Source: Vicinamibacteria bacterium (GTDB lineage: Bacteria > Acidobacteriota > Vicinamibacteria > Marinacidobacterales > Marinacidobacteraceae). From it: a stretch of DNA of 64,000 nt. The DNA lies in assembly GCA_965115855.1 (NCBI GenBank), contig OZ220470.1, forward strand, positions 1,335,376-1,399,375. Direction: 5' to 3'. This document shows positions 1 to 9,744 of the stretch, one piece after another; position 1 is the first letter of the stretch, and every line of letters begins with the position of its first letter. A program made the translations under genes and the position numbers. The notes under the pieces were generated by a model. The model was not told the origin of the DNA and did no database searches. It worked only from the letters and a program-made list of their open reading frames with translations.

Positions 1-85
1 GACCGGGAGCGCGACCGCGTTCAGGCAGAACAGCACCAGAAGCCAGAAACGCCAGCGGCGGAAGCCGCGACGAGCGGCCGCCGGC

Positions 86-1567
86 TCAGAAGCGCCGGGA
101 GGCATCGCGGGGCCAGCGCTCCACCACGACCTTGGTCTGGGTGTAGAACTCCACCGCGTGCGCGCCCTGGGCGTGCAGATCGCCGAAGAAACTGCCGCGC
201 CAGCCGCTGAACGGGAAAAACGCCATCGGGGCCGCCACCCCGACGTTGATGCCGACATTTCCGGTGAGCACTTCGTGCCGAAACCGCCGGGCCGTGCGTC
301 CGTCACCGGTGAACACCGAGGCCATGTTCCCGTAGTCGCCACCGTTCACGAAGGCAAGGGCCTCGTCCACGGTGCGGACCTGGATGAGCCCGAGCACCGG
401 ACCGAAGATCTCGGTGCCCGCCACCTCTCCCCCGGCGGGCAGATCGTCGAGAACGGTGGGACCGACGAAGGTTCCGCCCTCGAAACCGGACACGCGGAAG
501 CCGCGCCCGTCGACCACCGCCCGGGCCCCTTCCCCGTCCACCGCGGTCCCGATGAGCGACTCGATCCGGTCGCGGCTTTCGCCGCGGATCACCGGACCCA
601 TCTCGACCGCCTCATCGAGGCCGGAACCCACTACCCGGGTCCGGGCCGCTTCCGCAATCCCCTCGCGGAACGGGACGTGGGCGTCGCCCACCGTCACCGC
701 GAGCGAGGCCGCGAGGCAACGCTGCCCGGCGCAACCGAAGGCGCTCTCGGCGACCGCACCCACCGCGGCATCGACTTCGGCGTCGGGGAGCACCACCACC
801 GGATTCTTGGCGCCGCCCTGGCACTGCACCCGCTTCCCGCTCGCCGCCGCCCGCGCATACACCGCCCGCGCCACCGGTGAGGATCCCACGAAACTCACCG
901 CCGCGATCCCCGGATGGTCCAGCAGGGATTCCACCGCCTCCCGGCCGCCGTGGACCAGCTGGACCACCCCGACCGGAAACTCCGCCTCCTCCAGCAGCCG
1001 CGCCACCCGCTCCATCGTGAGGGGCGTCTTCTCCGAAGGCTTGAGCACCACGGTGTTCCCGCACGCGAGGGCGTAGGGCAGGAACCAGAACGGGATCATT
1101 GCCGGGAAATTGAAGGGTGCGATCACCGCCACCACTCCCACCGGCTGGCGCACCATGAACTCGTCGATCCCGCGGGCGATTTCCTCGAGCATCCGGCCCT
1201 GCATGAGGCTGGGAATGCCGCAGGCGACCTCGACGTTCTCGATCGCGCGGCGGATCTCGCCCCGCGACTCGGCGAGCGTCTTGCCGCATTCCCGGGTCAC
1301 CGTGCGCGAGAGTTCCTCGAACTCCCGCTCCAGCAACATCTTCAACCGGAACAACGGCTGGACCCGGTCCGCCGGCGGCGTCTCGCGCCACCCGTCAAGC
1401 GCCTTCGATGCCCCGTCGACCGCCAGCCCGACGTCCTCCGGGCCGGAGAGCGGCGTACGCGCAAGTATTTGACCGGATGCGGGATCCGGGACATCCAGCC
1501 ACGCCGTCGCGCGCGACGGAATCCACGCCCCGGAGATATGGTTGGAAAGCGTCGGAATCGGACTCAT
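86..1567 (-). CDS. mmsA: CoA-acylating methylmalonate-semialdehyde dehydrogenase (ALDH family)
   Basis: ALDH motifs PFNFP, LKPSE, VSFVGSS, GGAKN, CAGQRC, EIFGPV, FFPFSGW. Start placed at MSPIPT (ATG 1567) so the gene does not overlap the divergent neighbour. Confidence 0.88.
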   Translation of the reverse strand: MSPIPTLSNHISGAWIPSRATAWLDVPDPASGQILARTPLSGPEDVGLAVDGASKALDGWRETPPADRVQPLFRLKMLLEREFEELSRTVTRECGKTLAESRGEIRRAIENVEVACGIPSLMQGRMLEEIARGIDEFMVRQPVGVVAVIAPFNFPAMIPFWFLPYALACGNTVVLKPSEKTPLTMERVARLLEEAEFPVGVVQLVHGGREAVESLLDHPGIAAVSFVGSSPVARAVYARAAASGKRVQCQGGAKNPVVVLPDAEVDAAVGAVAESAFGCAGQRCLAASLAVTVGDAHVPFREGIAEAARTRVVGSGLDEAVEMGPVIRGESRDRIESLIGTAVDGEGARAVVDGRGFRVSGFEGGTFVGPTVLDDLPAGGEVAGTEIFGPVLGLIQVRTVDEALAFVNGGDYGNMASVFTGDGRTARRFRHEVLTGNVGINVGVAAPMAFFPFSGWRGSFFGDLHAQGAHAVEFYTQTKVVVERWPRDASRRF

Positions 1568-1592
1568 GGCCCCGCATAGGATACGCGCCAGC

Positions 1593-3875
1593 ATGCGACT
1601 GCCGAACCCTGCCCTGGCGCTGCTGGTTGCCGGCCCATCCTTCGCCCTTGCCTCCGCTCCCGAGGTCGGCGTCCTGGCCGAGGGCGCGAACGCCCCGATC
1701 GTGGACGGCCTGGTGGACGACGCCGCGTGGTCCAATCTCGAACCCTTCACCGGCTTCACCCAGCAGGAGCCGAACAACGGGGCGCCCGCTTCGGAACGCA
1801 CCGAGGTACGGATGGTGCTTTCGGACAGCACCCTCTATGTCGGGATCATCGCCTTCGACAGCGATCCCGGGGGAGTGCTGGTCTCGGAGAGCCGGCGGGA
1901 CGGCGACCTGAACGAGTCGGACTCGGTCCAGATCGTGCTCGACACCTTCAACGACAGCCAGAACGCGTTCCTCTTCGGCACGAACCCGGAGGGCATCGAG
2001 TATGACGGCCAGATCGCCGGCGAGGGAGCGACCGGCGGCTACAACCCGCGCGCGGGCCAGCGCGGCTCGCAGCGGGGCGGCGTCACCGGGTTCAACGCCA
2101 ACTGGGACGGGGACTGGACGGTTCGCTCCCGCACCACGGCGCGTGGCTGGGAGACCGAGTTCGCGATTCCGCTGCGCACCCTCCGCTACCAGCCGGGGAG
2201 CGACCGCACCTGGGGGCTGAACGTGATGCGCAACATCCGGCGCAAGAACGAGCAGTCCTTTCTCGCGCCGATCCCGCGCGGTTCCAGCATCTACCGCGTC
2301 TCGCTGGCACAGAAGGTCCACGGGCTTCGCTTGCCGGGCCGCCGGGACGTCAAGATCATCCCGTTCGCGCTCGGCGAGGCCGCCCGGAACGCGCTCGCCG
2401 TCAGCGACGAAGCCCGGGAAACCGGGCAGATCGACGCCGGGCTGGACCTCAAGTGGGGGGTCACCCCCAACCTGACCGTGGACCTCACCGCCAACACCGA
2501 CTTCGCCCAGGTGGAGGCCGACGACCAACAGGTCAACCTGACCCGCTTCCCGCTGTTCTTCCCCGAAAAGCGTCCCTTCTTTCTCGAGAACGCCTCGACG
2601 TTCCAGTTCGGGGCGCCGCAGGAGGTGGACCTGTTCTTCAGCCGGCGCATCGGACTGTACGCCGGCCAACCGGTCCCGATCCTCGGCGGCGCGCGGCTGT
2701 CGGGAAAGGTGGGCGCCTGGAATATCGGCATGATGAACATGCAGACCGGCTCGGCCTTCGACGCCGAAACCGGGGCGCTCGCGCTCGCCGCCAACAACTA
2801 CACGGTGGCCCGCGTTCAGCGGGAGGTGCGCCGCTCCAATTTCGGCGGCATCGTGGTGAACCGGCAGGCGAACGGCGACTGGGCCGCGGCCGACGACTGG
2901 AATCGGGCCTTCGGAGCCGATGCCGCAGTCCAGCTTGCCGAAAACACCCGATTCTTCGGTTTTCTGGCCAAGACCAGTTCGCCCTTCAACGAGGAAGGCG
3001 ACGACCTGGCCGGGCGGGTGTTCCTGAACCACACCGGGCCGCTCCACCAGGGTCACATCGGATACACCCAGGTGGGCGGGAACTTCGATCCGGAAGTCGG
3101 CTTCGTCCCGCGCCGGGGGTACCGGAAGATCCAGGGGCGCTATTTCTTCGACTACCAGCCCACCGGAATCGAGGCGCTCTCCTGGGTGCGGCGCTTCTCT
3201 CCCCACATCACCTGGAACGCCTACTACGGCTTCGACGGCGAGATCCAGTCCGGCCGCGGGCACTACCACCTGGTGGAGTTCCAGCCGAACGCGGGAGGCC
3301 GGTTCGGTTACTGGATCGACGCCATGGTGGACGCCCCCAACAGTGTCTTCACGGTGTATTCCGGCGCGGACGACCATCAGGTGCTGATCCCGCCCGGCGA
3401 GTACCGGTGGCTCATCCACAACCTCAACTACATCGGAAACGCCAGCGCCACCTTCTATCCCACCATCTACTGCCAGACCGGCGGGTTCTACGACGGCGCC
3501 CAGCGGGGCTGCAATGCGAGCATCAACGGGCGGATCGGCGCGGTTTTCCAGGCGAGCATCGGTTGGCGCCGGGACATCGTGGAACTGCCGTACGGCGACT
3601 TCACGAGCGACCTGGTACCGGTCCGGCTGAACTACTCCTTCACCCCGCTCCGCCGACTGGAGGCACTGATCCAGTACAACAGCCAGACCGCATCCCTCTC
3701 TTCGAACATCCGGCTGGTCTTGCTGGACCGCAGTGGCACGGGCCTCTTTCTCGTCTACAACGACCTGCGGAACACCGCCAGCTTCGACCGATTCGACCAG
3801 GAAACCGGCATCCTCCATCCGGATGTGCTCGGTCGCTCGTTCATCGTCAAGTACACGCGACTGTTCGATTTCTGA
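1593..3875 (+). CDS. Secreted/outer-membrane CBM9-like + DUF5916 protein
   Basis: Signal peptide; [52 protein letters not shown] motifs; C-terminal Phe. Confidence 0.8.
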   Translation: MRLPNPALALLVAGPSFALASAPEVGVLAEGANAPIVDGLVDDAAWSNLEPFTGFTQQEPNNGAPASERTEVRMVLSDSTLYVGIIAFDSDPGGVLVSESRRDGDLNESDSVQIVLDTFNDSQNAFLFGTNPEGIEYDGQIAGEGATGGYNPRAGQRGSQRGGVTGFNANWDGDWTVRSRTTARGWETEFAIPLRTLRYQPGSDRTWGLNVMRNIRRKNEQSFLAPIPRGSSIYRVSLAQKVHGLRLPGRRDVKIIPFALGEAARNALAVSDEARETGQIDAGLDLKWGVTPNLTVDLTANTDFAQVEADDQQVNLTRFPLFFPEKRPFFLENASTFQFGAPQEVDLFFSRRIGLYAGQPVPILGGARLSGKVGAWNIGMMNMQTGSAFDAETGALALAANNYTVARVQREVRRSNFGGIVVNRQANGDWAAADDWNRAFGADAAVQLAENTRFFGFLAKTSSPFNEEGDDLAGRVFLNHTGPLHQGHIGYTQVGGNFDPEVGFVPRRGYRKIQGRYFFDYQPTGIEALSWVRRFSPHITWNAYYGFDGEIQSGRGHYHLVEFQPNAGGRFGYWIDAMVDAPNSVFTVYSGADDHQVLIPPGEYRWLIHNLNYIGNASATFYPTIYCQTGGFYDGAQRGCNASINGRIGAVFQASIGWRRDIVELPYGDFTSDLVPVRLNYSFTPLRRLEALIQYNSQTASLSSNIRLVLLDRSGTGLFLVYNDLRNTASFDRFDQETGILHPDVLGRSFIVKYTRLFDF

Positions 3876-4170
3876 CCGGCGCGGCGGCCGGATCGCGAGT
3901 CGGGCGGGACTTCGTCCCTTGACCGCGCGGTGCCCCCCGGACGCCTATCCGGTGCGGAAGCGGGATTCCGGGAGGCGGCCGCGCCGCGGTCGTGGCTGCG
4001 AACGGATTGCGAACCGGGAACAGCGCCCGATCGCGGTCGCGGGGGAGACACCCCGCCCGGAGCCGCGATGCCGCAGCCAACACCGAACCGGCGCCGCTCC
4101 CGGGGTCCTCCGGGAAAACCGAGCGCCGCCGCAACCGGGCGTCGGGCTTCCGGCGCCCGGAGACGGTTCC

Positions 4171-4395
4171 TCAGGAACCCTCGGGGATCTTCGTGAGAAC
4201 CTCGGCGGACTCCGGGAACCGGCCGGTCTCGTACTTGGAATAGATGAGCTTCCCGTCGACCCGGACGTCGAAGACGCCCTTGCCCCCTTCGATCAGCTCC
4301 GCCTCGATGCCACGGGACTCCTTGATGGAGGCCGCCAGACCGGCGGCCTTCGGAAGGTAGTTTCAAACAACGCAGTAGGTTATGGAAACCTGCAT
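4171..4395 (-). CDS. SelT/SelW/SelH (Rdx family) selenoprotein, Sec at codon 11
   Basis: Translated by hand: GGAGG RBS then MQVSITYCVV(TGA)NYLPKAAGLAASIKESRGIEAELIEGGKGVFDVRVDGKLIYSKYETGRFPESAEVLTKIPEGS*. CxxU motif and GxFxVxVDGxLIYSK...GRFP Rdx signature. Missing from the ORF track. Confidence 0.88.
4329..4349 (-). promoter_or_regulatory. Putative bacterial SECIS element
   Basis: On the minus strand AGGCCGCC-GGTCT-GGCGGCCT forms an 8-bp stem with a GGUCU loop beginning 22 nt after the in-frame TGA (4363-4365). The loop resembles that of the E. coli fdhF SECIS. Confidence 0.75.
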
Positions 4396-4451
4396 GATGC
4401 CTCCTCCGGTCCCGCTTCGGAACCGCGAATACCGCTCCGCGACCTCGGGGA

Positions 4452-4530
4452 TGGCGGGGCCGACGGGGCTCGAACCCGCGACCTCCGGCGTGACAGGCCG
4501 GCGCTCTGGACCAAACTGAGCTACGACCCC
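4452..4530 (-). tRNA. tRNA-Asp(GTC)
   Basis: Reverse complement GGGGTCGTAGCTCAGTTTGG...CCTGTCACGCCGG...GGTTCGAGCCCC...GCCCCGCCA: cloverleaf, GTC anticodon, encoded CCA. Confidence 0.96.
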
Positions 4531-4645
4531 GGATTCTCCGGCGCGGAGCGGCCGGACATTCTATCAGCGCGGAGCGATTGCGCCACGCCAAATGTGTGCC
4601 AGGTGCGGAAACCGTCCGGATCGTGGTATTCTGTCCGGTCGAATC

Positions 4646-4924
4646 ATGCGTCTCACCCGGAGCCAGATCCAATTCCTCGGATACCGGATCACCGACGACC
4701 TGCAGGTCGCGGGGATGATCGACCCGGAGGATCCCAACGCGCTGATGGACTCCATCGTGGAACTCATTACCGACAATTTACGCCAGGAGGACGAGTTGAA
4801 CGAGGAGGTGCGGAAGCTTCTCGACAAGTACGGCGAGCAGATCCGCACCGGCGGCGCCGAGTACCGGGAGATGTTCAAACTGGTCAAGAAGCGCATGGCC
4901 CGGGAGCAGGGAATCATCCTCTGA
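4646..4924 (+). CDS. DUF507 family protein
   Basis: MRLTRSQIQFLG...EDELNEEVRKLL...YREMFKLVKKRMARE pattern. Confidence 0.75.
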   Translation: MRLTRSQIQFLGYRITDDLQVAGMIDPEDPNALMDSIVELITDNLRQEDELNEEVRKLLDKYGEQIRTGGAEYREMFKLVKKRMAREQGIIL

Positions 4925-4932
4925 GGGATTCG

Positions 4933-5235
4933 ATGCGGCTTACCAACGGGAAGATCAACCACCTCGCCAATCAGGTGCTGGACTTGCTGCGGGCCGACGA
5001 TACCGTCGAATTCTTCGCCGAAGACCGGGAAATCCGACGGATGATCACCCGGGTGATCAACTCGGAACTCGAGGACGACGAGCGCATCGACCAGATCGTC
5101 CGGCGCAAGATCGACAGCCACGGCCGTACCGTCCAGCAGGGCACCGAGAACTGGGAGATCCTCTACCGCCGCTACTACGACGAGGAAATGGTCAAGCGGC
5201 GGCGGCTCGTGCCAGGCGAGGAACGGGAAGAGTAA
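4933..5235 (+). CDS. DUF507 family protein (tandem paralogue)
   Basis: MRLTNGKINHLA...VRRKIDS...GTENWEILYRRYYDEE pattern; corresponds to the 3' end of the 3733..5235 ORF. Confidence 0.75.
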   Translation: MRLTNGKINHLANQVLDLLRADDTVEFFAEDREIRRMITRVINSELEDDERIDQIVRRKIDSHGRTVQQGTENWEILYRRYYDEEMVKRRRLVPGEEREE

Positions 5236-5267
5236 CCACCCGGCCCCGGCGACCCGCAGGCAAACGG

Positions 5268-5299
5268 AAAAGGGGCGCCGGCCTTCCGACCGGCGCCCC
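5268..5299 (-). terminator. Rho-independent terminator between the convergent DUF507 and hsp20 genes
   Basis: 10-bp stem GGGGCGCCGG/CCGGCGCCCC with an adjacent A-run (U-tract on the minus strand). Confidence 0.7.
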
Positions 5300-5316
5300 C
5301 GCGGGCATCCGCGCGA

Positions 5317-5781
5317 TCAGTTGACGCTCACCTCGATCTGACGCGGCTGCGCCCTCTCCAGCTTGGGGAGGACCAGGGTCAGCACTCCATCCCGGGAATC
5401 GGCCCGGATGCCGGACACATCCACCACTTCCGGGATGCGGAAAGACCGGCGGTACGGCCCCGCGACCCGCTCGCGACGGCTCCAGCGCGCTTCACTGTCC
5501 TTGCCGGCCAGGAGCTCCGGCTTGGCGCTCCGCTGCGCCTCGACTGTCAGGTATCCGTTGTGGAATTCCACCTTGACAGAATCCTTCGGCACGCCCGGGA
5601 GATCCACTTCGATCACGAATTCGTTGCCGGCGTCGCGGATATCGGCCGCCGGGCGGTAGGTGAACTCGGTGGACTCCGAGGAATCGGCGCTGGTGGACTC
5701 GCCCGGGAAAAGCGGCCAGCCGAACACCGGATCGGCGAAGAAGCGGCGCATCGGGTGGTTGAGAAGACTCAGATCATTCAT
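5317..5781 (-). CDS. Hsp20/alpha-crystallin small heat-shock protein
   Basis: PAADI...DLPGV...LTV...RRER..G.Y.RSF.IP...DGVLTLVLPK...IEV; AGGAGG RBS before MNDLSL. Confidence 0.92.
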   Translation of the reverse strand: MNDLSLLNHPMRRFFADPVFGWPLFPGESTSADSSESTEFTYRPAADIRDAGNEFVIEVDLPGVPKDSVKVEFHNGYLTVEAQRSAKPELLAGKDSEARWSRRERVAGPYRRSFRIPEVVDVSGIRADSRDGVLTLVLPKLERAQPRQIEVSVN

Positions 5782-5833
5782 GGGTTGTTTCCTCCTGATG
5801 GTTGTTCCTGGTCGGCACCGTGCCGACACAAGA

Positions 5834-5862
5834 ATACTAACCCCGTACAGATATATTGTCAA
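5834..5862 (-). promoter_or_regulatory. Sigma70-type promoter of hsp20
   Basis: Minus strand TTGACA-N17-TAGTAT in an AT-rich patch. Confidence 0.6.
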
Positions 5863-5910
5863 ATAATAGATGGCAGATTATCTGATTGGTTTTTGCTCAT
5901 ATTCAATCCA

Positions 5911-5939
5911 TTGATCCGGGAACGCCCGCTTCCTATACT
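5911..5939 (+). promoter_or_regulatory. Sigma70-type promoter of gap
   Basis: TTGATC-N17-TATACT about 120 bp upstream of gap. Confidence 0.55.
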
Positions 5940-6058
5940 CCGCGCCGGGCGCGGGCCTTCCTGTCGGATCGTCCCCTCCCGGCCGGCTCCCGCGATTTGC
6001 CGCTCCGCCGGATTCTTCGCAGGTGCGCCGGCCAGCGCCCTGCCGCCAGGAGGCTCGA

Positions 6059-7063
6059 GTGCGCATCGGCATCAACGGATTCGGACGCATCGGACGCAAC
6101 ATCTTTCGCGTCGCCCTCGGCGACCCGGGCATCGAGACCGTCGCCGTCAACGATCTGACCGATCCCCGGACGCTCGCCCACCTGTTGCAGCACGATTCGG
6201 TCGCTGGTCCCCTTGAGGGCGCCGTCCGCGCCGACGGGGACGCCCTGGTGGTCCGGCATGACAACGGCGAGACCCGCCTCCGGGTGCTGAGCGAACGCGA
6301 TCCGGCCCGTCTTCCCTGGAAGGACCTCGGGGTGGAGGTGGTGGTCGAGTCCACTGGAATCTTCACGAAGCGCGCGGACGCCGAAAAGCACCTGCAGGCC
6401 GGCGCCCGCAAGGTCATCATCTCGGCCCCCGCGAAGGGCGAGGACCTGACGATCGTGATGGGAGTGAACGACGAAAGCTACGACCCCGACGCCCACCACG
6501 TGCTGTCCAACGCTTCCTGCACCACCAACTGCCTCGCGCCGGTGGTCAAGGTGCTCGACGAGAAATTCGGCCTGCGGAAGGGAGTGATGACCACCGTCCA
6601 CTCCTACACCAACGACCAGCGGCTGCTGGACCTGCCGCATTCCGATCTCCGCCGCGCCCGCGCCGCCGGCGTGAACATGATCCCCACCTCCACCGGCGCG
6701 GCGAAGGCAGTCGCCAAGGTGTTGCCCGAGCTGGAGGGTCGGCTCGACGGGATTGCGGTCCGGGTCCCCACCCCGAACGTCTCCCTCACCGACCTGACCG
6801 CCGTCCTCGAACGTCCGGCATCGGCAGCGGAAGTGAACCGCACCCTCGAGGAGGCCGCCGACGGGCCGCTCTCCGGAATCCTCCAGGTCTCCCACGAACC
6901 GCTGGTCTCGGTCGATTTTCTGGGGAATCCCCATTCCTCCATCGTCGACGCCCCGTTCACCAAGGTGGTCGATGGCGATGCGGTCAAGGTCCTCGCCTGG
7001 TACGACAACGAGTGGGGATTCTCGTGCCGGGTGGTGGACCTGATCCGCAAGATTGCCGCCTGA
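6059..7063 (+). CDS. gap: Type I glyceraldehyde-3-phosphate dehydrogenase
   Basis: GINGFGRIGR, SNASCTTNCL, WYDNEWGFS; GTG start after AGGAGG. Confidence 0.97.
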   Translation: MRIGINGFGRIGRNIFRVALGDPGIETVAVNDLTDPRTLAHLLQHDSVAGPLEGAVRADGDALVVRHDNGETRLRVLSERDPARLPWKDLGVEVVVESTGIFTKRADAEKHLQAGARKVIISAPAKGEDLTIVMGVNDESYDPDAHHVLSNASCTTNCLAPVVKVLDEKFGLRKGVMTTVHSYTNDQRLLDLPHSDLRRARAAGVNMIPTSTGAAKAVAKVLPELEGRLDGIAVRVPTPNVSLTDLTAVLERPASAAEVNRTLEEAADGPLSGILQVSHEPLVSVDFLGNPHSSIVDAPFTKVVDGDAVKVLAWYDNEWGFSCRVVDLIRKIAA

Positions 7064-7088
7064 ACCCCGAGTCCACTAATTTGCGCGG

Positions 7089-9275
7089 GTGAGACGCTGC
7101 GCCCCCCTTCCCGCCCTGCTGTTCGCCGCCTCGGCCGCGGCACAGACCGAGCCGCTCGAGATCAGTCATGTCTACGGCCCGGACGCGCTCGAGTTCTCGC
7201 CCGAGCTCCCGGACATCCGTTGGCTTCCCGGCGGGACCCACTATCTCGAAGGGTCCGGTGACGCGACCAGATCCTGGATGGTGGTGGAAGCCGCCACCGG
7301 CACATCGCGGCCGCTCCACGACACAGACGCCCTCGAGGCAGCGCTTCGGGACACCCTCGCGCTGCCCCCGGAGGACGCGGCCCGCGAGGCGCGCCCCGCC
7401 AGCCTGGTCATGTCTCCCGGCGGCGACAGGCTGCTGCTCGACCTCGCATCCGACTTCTTCGTGTGGGACGCCGGGGCGAACAAACTCATCCGCCTCACCC
7501 GCGGCCCGGAAATCGAGGAGATCCCGCGCTTCGCACCGGACGGCGGGCGGGTCGCCTTCGTCCGGGATCACGACCTGTGGGTAGTGGACCTCGAGGGCGC
7601 CGAACTCCGGCTCACCACCGGCGGCGGCCCCGACCTGCTGAACGGCAAGCTGGACTGGGTTTACCAGGAGGAAATCTACGGCCGCGGCAATTTCCACGCC
7701 CACTGGTGGAGTCCCGACGGCAGCCGGATCGCCTTCCTCCAGAGCGACGAGAGCGACGTCCCCCGGTTCACGGTGGTGGACCACCTCCCGTACCACCCGG
7801 ACCTCCAGACCTACCCGTACCCGAAGGCCGGCGACCCGAATCCGAAGGTGCGGGTGGGTGTGGTTCCGGCGGCGGGCGGGGAGATCGTCTGGATGCGGCC
7901 GCTCGGGTACGGGAACGCGGAAACCCTGATCGTGAACGTGAGCTTCTCGCCGGACGGCGATCTCTGGTACCAGGTGCAGGACCGCACCCAGACCTTCCTC
8001 GACCTCCACCGGGGCGACCCCCGGACCGGGGAGTCGGAGCGGGTGCTGCGCGAGAACGCCGGTCGCTGGGTGAACGTGCACGGACCGCCCCGTTTCCTCG
8101 ATGACGGCGGTTTCCTGTGGTTCAGCGAACGCACCGGCTTCAAGCACCTGTACCGCTACAACGCCGAGGGAGTGCTTGCCGGCCCGCTCACCGAGGGCCG
8201 GTACGAAGTGCGCCGGCTCCACGCGGTGGACGAGGAGGCGGGCGTCGCCTTCGCCTCCGGAACCCACCGTTCCTCGCGGGAATCGGACATTCTCCGGATC
8301 GCCCTCGACGGTTCCGGGGTCACTCGATTGAGCGTCGAACCCGGAACCCACCAGGGCAACTTCCCGGAGGAGGGGCCGGTCACCCACTACGTGTCGGTAT
8401 TCCACAACCTCGAGACGCCGCAGCGGATGACCCTCCGCGGCGCCGACGGCGCGCTCGTCCGGGAACTCGGCGGCGGCGAGGTCCCCGCGCTCGCCCGCTT
8501 TGCCACATCCCCGCCGGAACTGCTGCGGGTTCCCGCCCGCGACGGCGTGGAACTGGAGGCGATGATGATCCGCCCGCCCGGATTCGACCCGGAAGCGGTC
8601 TATCCCGCCTGGGTTCATGTGTACGGCGGCCCGCACGCTCCCCAGGTCCGGAACGGCTGGCTCGGCGCCCGGGGGATGTGGTTCCAGTATCTCGCCGCCA
8701 AGGGCATCGTGGTCTTCGTGGTGGACAACCGGATCGCTTCCGGCAAGGGCGTCGAGTCCACCTGGCCGGTGCATGGCAACTTCGGCGAACAGGAACTGGC
8801 CGACCTGGTGGACGCGGTCGACTGGCTCGGCGCCCGCGACTTCGTGGACCGGGCGCGCATCGGCGTGGACGGCTGGAGCTTCGGCGGATACATGACACTC
8901 GTCGCGCTTACCCGGTCGGACCGCTTCCGCGCCGGAATCGCCGGAGGCAGCGTGGTGGACTGGCGCGACTACGACTCGATCTACACCGAGCGCTACATGA
9001 GTACACCCGACGAAAACCCCGCCGGATACCGCAAGTCCTCGGTCCGGGAGTCCGCCGCCGACCTCACCGGCGACCTTCTCCTGATCCACGGCACGATGGA
9101 CGACAACGTCCACATGCAGAACACCATCCAGTTCACCCACGACCTCCAGAAGGCCGGCAAGCCGTTCGAACTGATGCTCTACCCGAGGTCCCGCCACGGC
9201 GTCCGCGACGACGACCTGGTGCTCCACCTGCGCCAGACCATGGCCGCATTCATCCTGAAAACCATCACCCCGTAG
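7089..9275 (+). CDS. S9B family dipeptidyl peptidase IV-like protein, secreted
   Basis: Signal peptide; DWVYQEE, YPYPKAG, VYGGP, GWSFGG nucleophile, HGTMDDNVH, catalytic His near the C-terminus. Confidence 0.92.
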   Translation: MRRCAPLPALLFAASAAAQTEPLEISHVYGPDALEFSPELPDIRWLPGGTHYLEGSGDATRSWMVVEAATGTSRPLHDTDALEAALRDTLALPPEDAAREARPASLVMSPGGDRLLLDLASDFFVWDAGANKLIRLTRGPEIEEIPRFAPDGGRVAFVRDHDLWVVDLEGAELRLTTGGGPDLLNGKLDWVYQEEIYGRGNFHAHWWSPDGSRIAFLQSDESDVPRFTVVDHLPYHPDLQTYPYPKAGDPNPKVRVGVVPAAGGEIVWMRPLGYGNAETLIVNVSFSPDGDLWYQVQDRTQTFLDLHRGDPRTGESERVLRENAGRWVNVHGPPRFLDDGGFLWFSERTGFKHLYRYNAEGVLAGPLTEGRYEVRRLHAVDEEAGVAFASGTHRSSRESDILRIALDGSGVTRLSVEPGTHQGNFPEEGPVTHYVSVFHNLETPQRMTLRGADGALVRELGGGEVPALARFATSPPELLRVPARDGVELEAMMIRPPGFDPEAVYPAWVHVYGGPHAPQVRNGWLGARGMWFQYLAAKGIVVFVVDNRIASGKGVESTWPVHGNFGEQELADLVDAVDWLGARDFVDRARIGVDGWSFGGYMTLVALTRSDRFRAGIAGGSVVDWRDYDSIYTERYMSTPDENPAGYRKSSVRESAADLTGDLLLIHGTMDDNVHMQNTIQFTHDLQKAGKPFELMLYPRSRHGVRDDDLVLHLRQTMAAFILKTITP

Positions 9276-9308
9276 CCCGCCGCCCCGAAATGTCCGAGCA
9301 ATCCCGCC

Positions 9309-9614
9309 ATGTCAAGATCGCCGTCGGCGACCCGGAAACCCGTTCCCTGGATGTTCGGGTCCAAACGGACCATGGGAAAGAAGGCGGTGCACGCCGTTGG
9401 CGGCGGATCGTTGATTGCTTGTCTGGACGCCGACATTCGCTCTGACGATGTAGAATCACTGGCGCTCGGGATTGCCAATTGGCATAAATATCTCGCTCCC
9501 ATGGTCGAATCCACCGTCGTTTTCGTCGATAACGCCTTCGAGAATGACGTTGCGAAGATCAATCTGGTCGAAACGCTCAAACAGAGCGGAATCGGCAACG
9601 TCCGAAGTCTGTAG
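9309..9614 (+). pseudogene. C-terminal remnant of a type III R-M methyltransferase (Mod)
   Basis: VHAVGGGSLIACL...VVFVDNAFENDVAKINL...LKQSGI.NVRSL matches the C-terminus of Mod subunits; the catalytic N-terminal part is absent. Confidence 0.7.
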
Positions 9615-9744
9615 TGTGGACGAATTGAAGACTCCATGCCATGAACCGACATGAACGACTTCTGCTGACCATCCTTCGCGGAAATTCGGACGCAAACATT
9701 CGCTCCTCGGATCTTTGGGCCTTGCTGTCATATCTCGGTTTCAA

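Noticed and set aside
1-85. Possible N-terminus of a minus-strand membrane protein running off the window edge
   Set aside because: Too short, with no clear start codon to support a call.
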